DNA of 41,194 nt from Spirogloea muscicola (taxonomy: Eukaryota). The notes beneath the pieces are model-generated. The model was not told where the DNA came from. It worked only from the letters and a program-made list of their open reading frames with translations, and did no database searches. Below, in pieces: positions 40,836-41,194 of this stretch (within the stretch, counting starts at the first letter, position 1; the number at the start of each line of letters is the position of its first letter). The position numbers were made by a program, and so were the translations under genes. The stretch spans positions 913,971 through 955,164 of the forward strand of contig WELB01000022.1 in NCBI GenBank assembly GCA_009602725.1. Reading direction: 5' to 3'.

Positions 40836-41194
40836 TTGCCCAGCCCCAAAAGAATGGACAAGGTCTGAAGGAGTCGGAGTGCTAAGGACTGAGACAGCAG
40901 TAAGCGAACTCTCAGTAACCTCTCGTCAGTAGATGCAAATCTAAGTAGCTAGCAGGCGGAAAGACGTCGCCCTGACGGAAGCCGGAGGCCGCCGCCAGAG
41001 CGCGGCCTGCGCGCAAGTGGACCGCAAAAGCTAGGGACCGCTGCAAAGAGACGGCCAGGCGCATCCGGAAAACTTGGGCGAGGGACCCGACGACATGGAA
41101 GCCAGGCTGCTCGCCCTGCTGCCCGTGGCGGCGGGCCGCTGCTCGCCGCGCAAGGCGGTGAAGTAGGTCCAGCCATTTGGCGCCAAAGGCGCCG
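40836..41194 (-). mobile_element. 3' end of another RLE retrotransposon copy; uninterrupted frame 41193-40912 continuing beyond the window
   Basis: Manual translation: GAFGAKWLDLLHRLARRAAARRHGQQGEQPGFHVVGSLAQVFRMRLAVSLQRSLAFAVHLRAGRALAAASGFRQGDVFPPASYLDLHLLTRGY*. The 3'UTR motif follows at 40836-40873. Confidence 0.85.

Overview
Eukaryotic, GC-rich, intron-dense nuclear DNA, most likely from a streptophyte green alga. This is an inference from an NPH3/NRL gene, plant-type RPN2 and ABC1K1, and a COMMD gene. It is draft assembly, with gaps at 21419, 27407, 30507-30558 and 36182-36581. Genes in order: 3' part of an NPH3-domain gene (+); low-specificity threonine aldolase (-); a weak hypothetical ORF (+); ribophorin II/RPN2 (+); a 5'-incomplete phytoene desaturase with cyanobacterial-looking motifs and a hydrophobic C-terminal tail (-); the 5' LTR, PBS and gag of a Ty3/Gypsy element; ABC1K1/PGR6 kinase (+); a small plastid-type single-TM protein (-); COMMD3-like (+); PLAC8 (-) head-to-head with cytosolic PheRS alpha (+); and a bacterial-like GH63 (MGH1-like) hydrolase (+). 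Most intergenic DNA consists of nested, 5'-truncated 3' ends of one family of RLE-type (CRE-like) non-LTR retrotransposons whose ORF ends in LLTRGY*. One uninterrupted frame of this family runs off the right edge and is missing from the ORF track. A piece of this family's 3' UTR makes up most of the only visible intron of the GH63 gene. Family assignments come from recalled motifs, not database searches.
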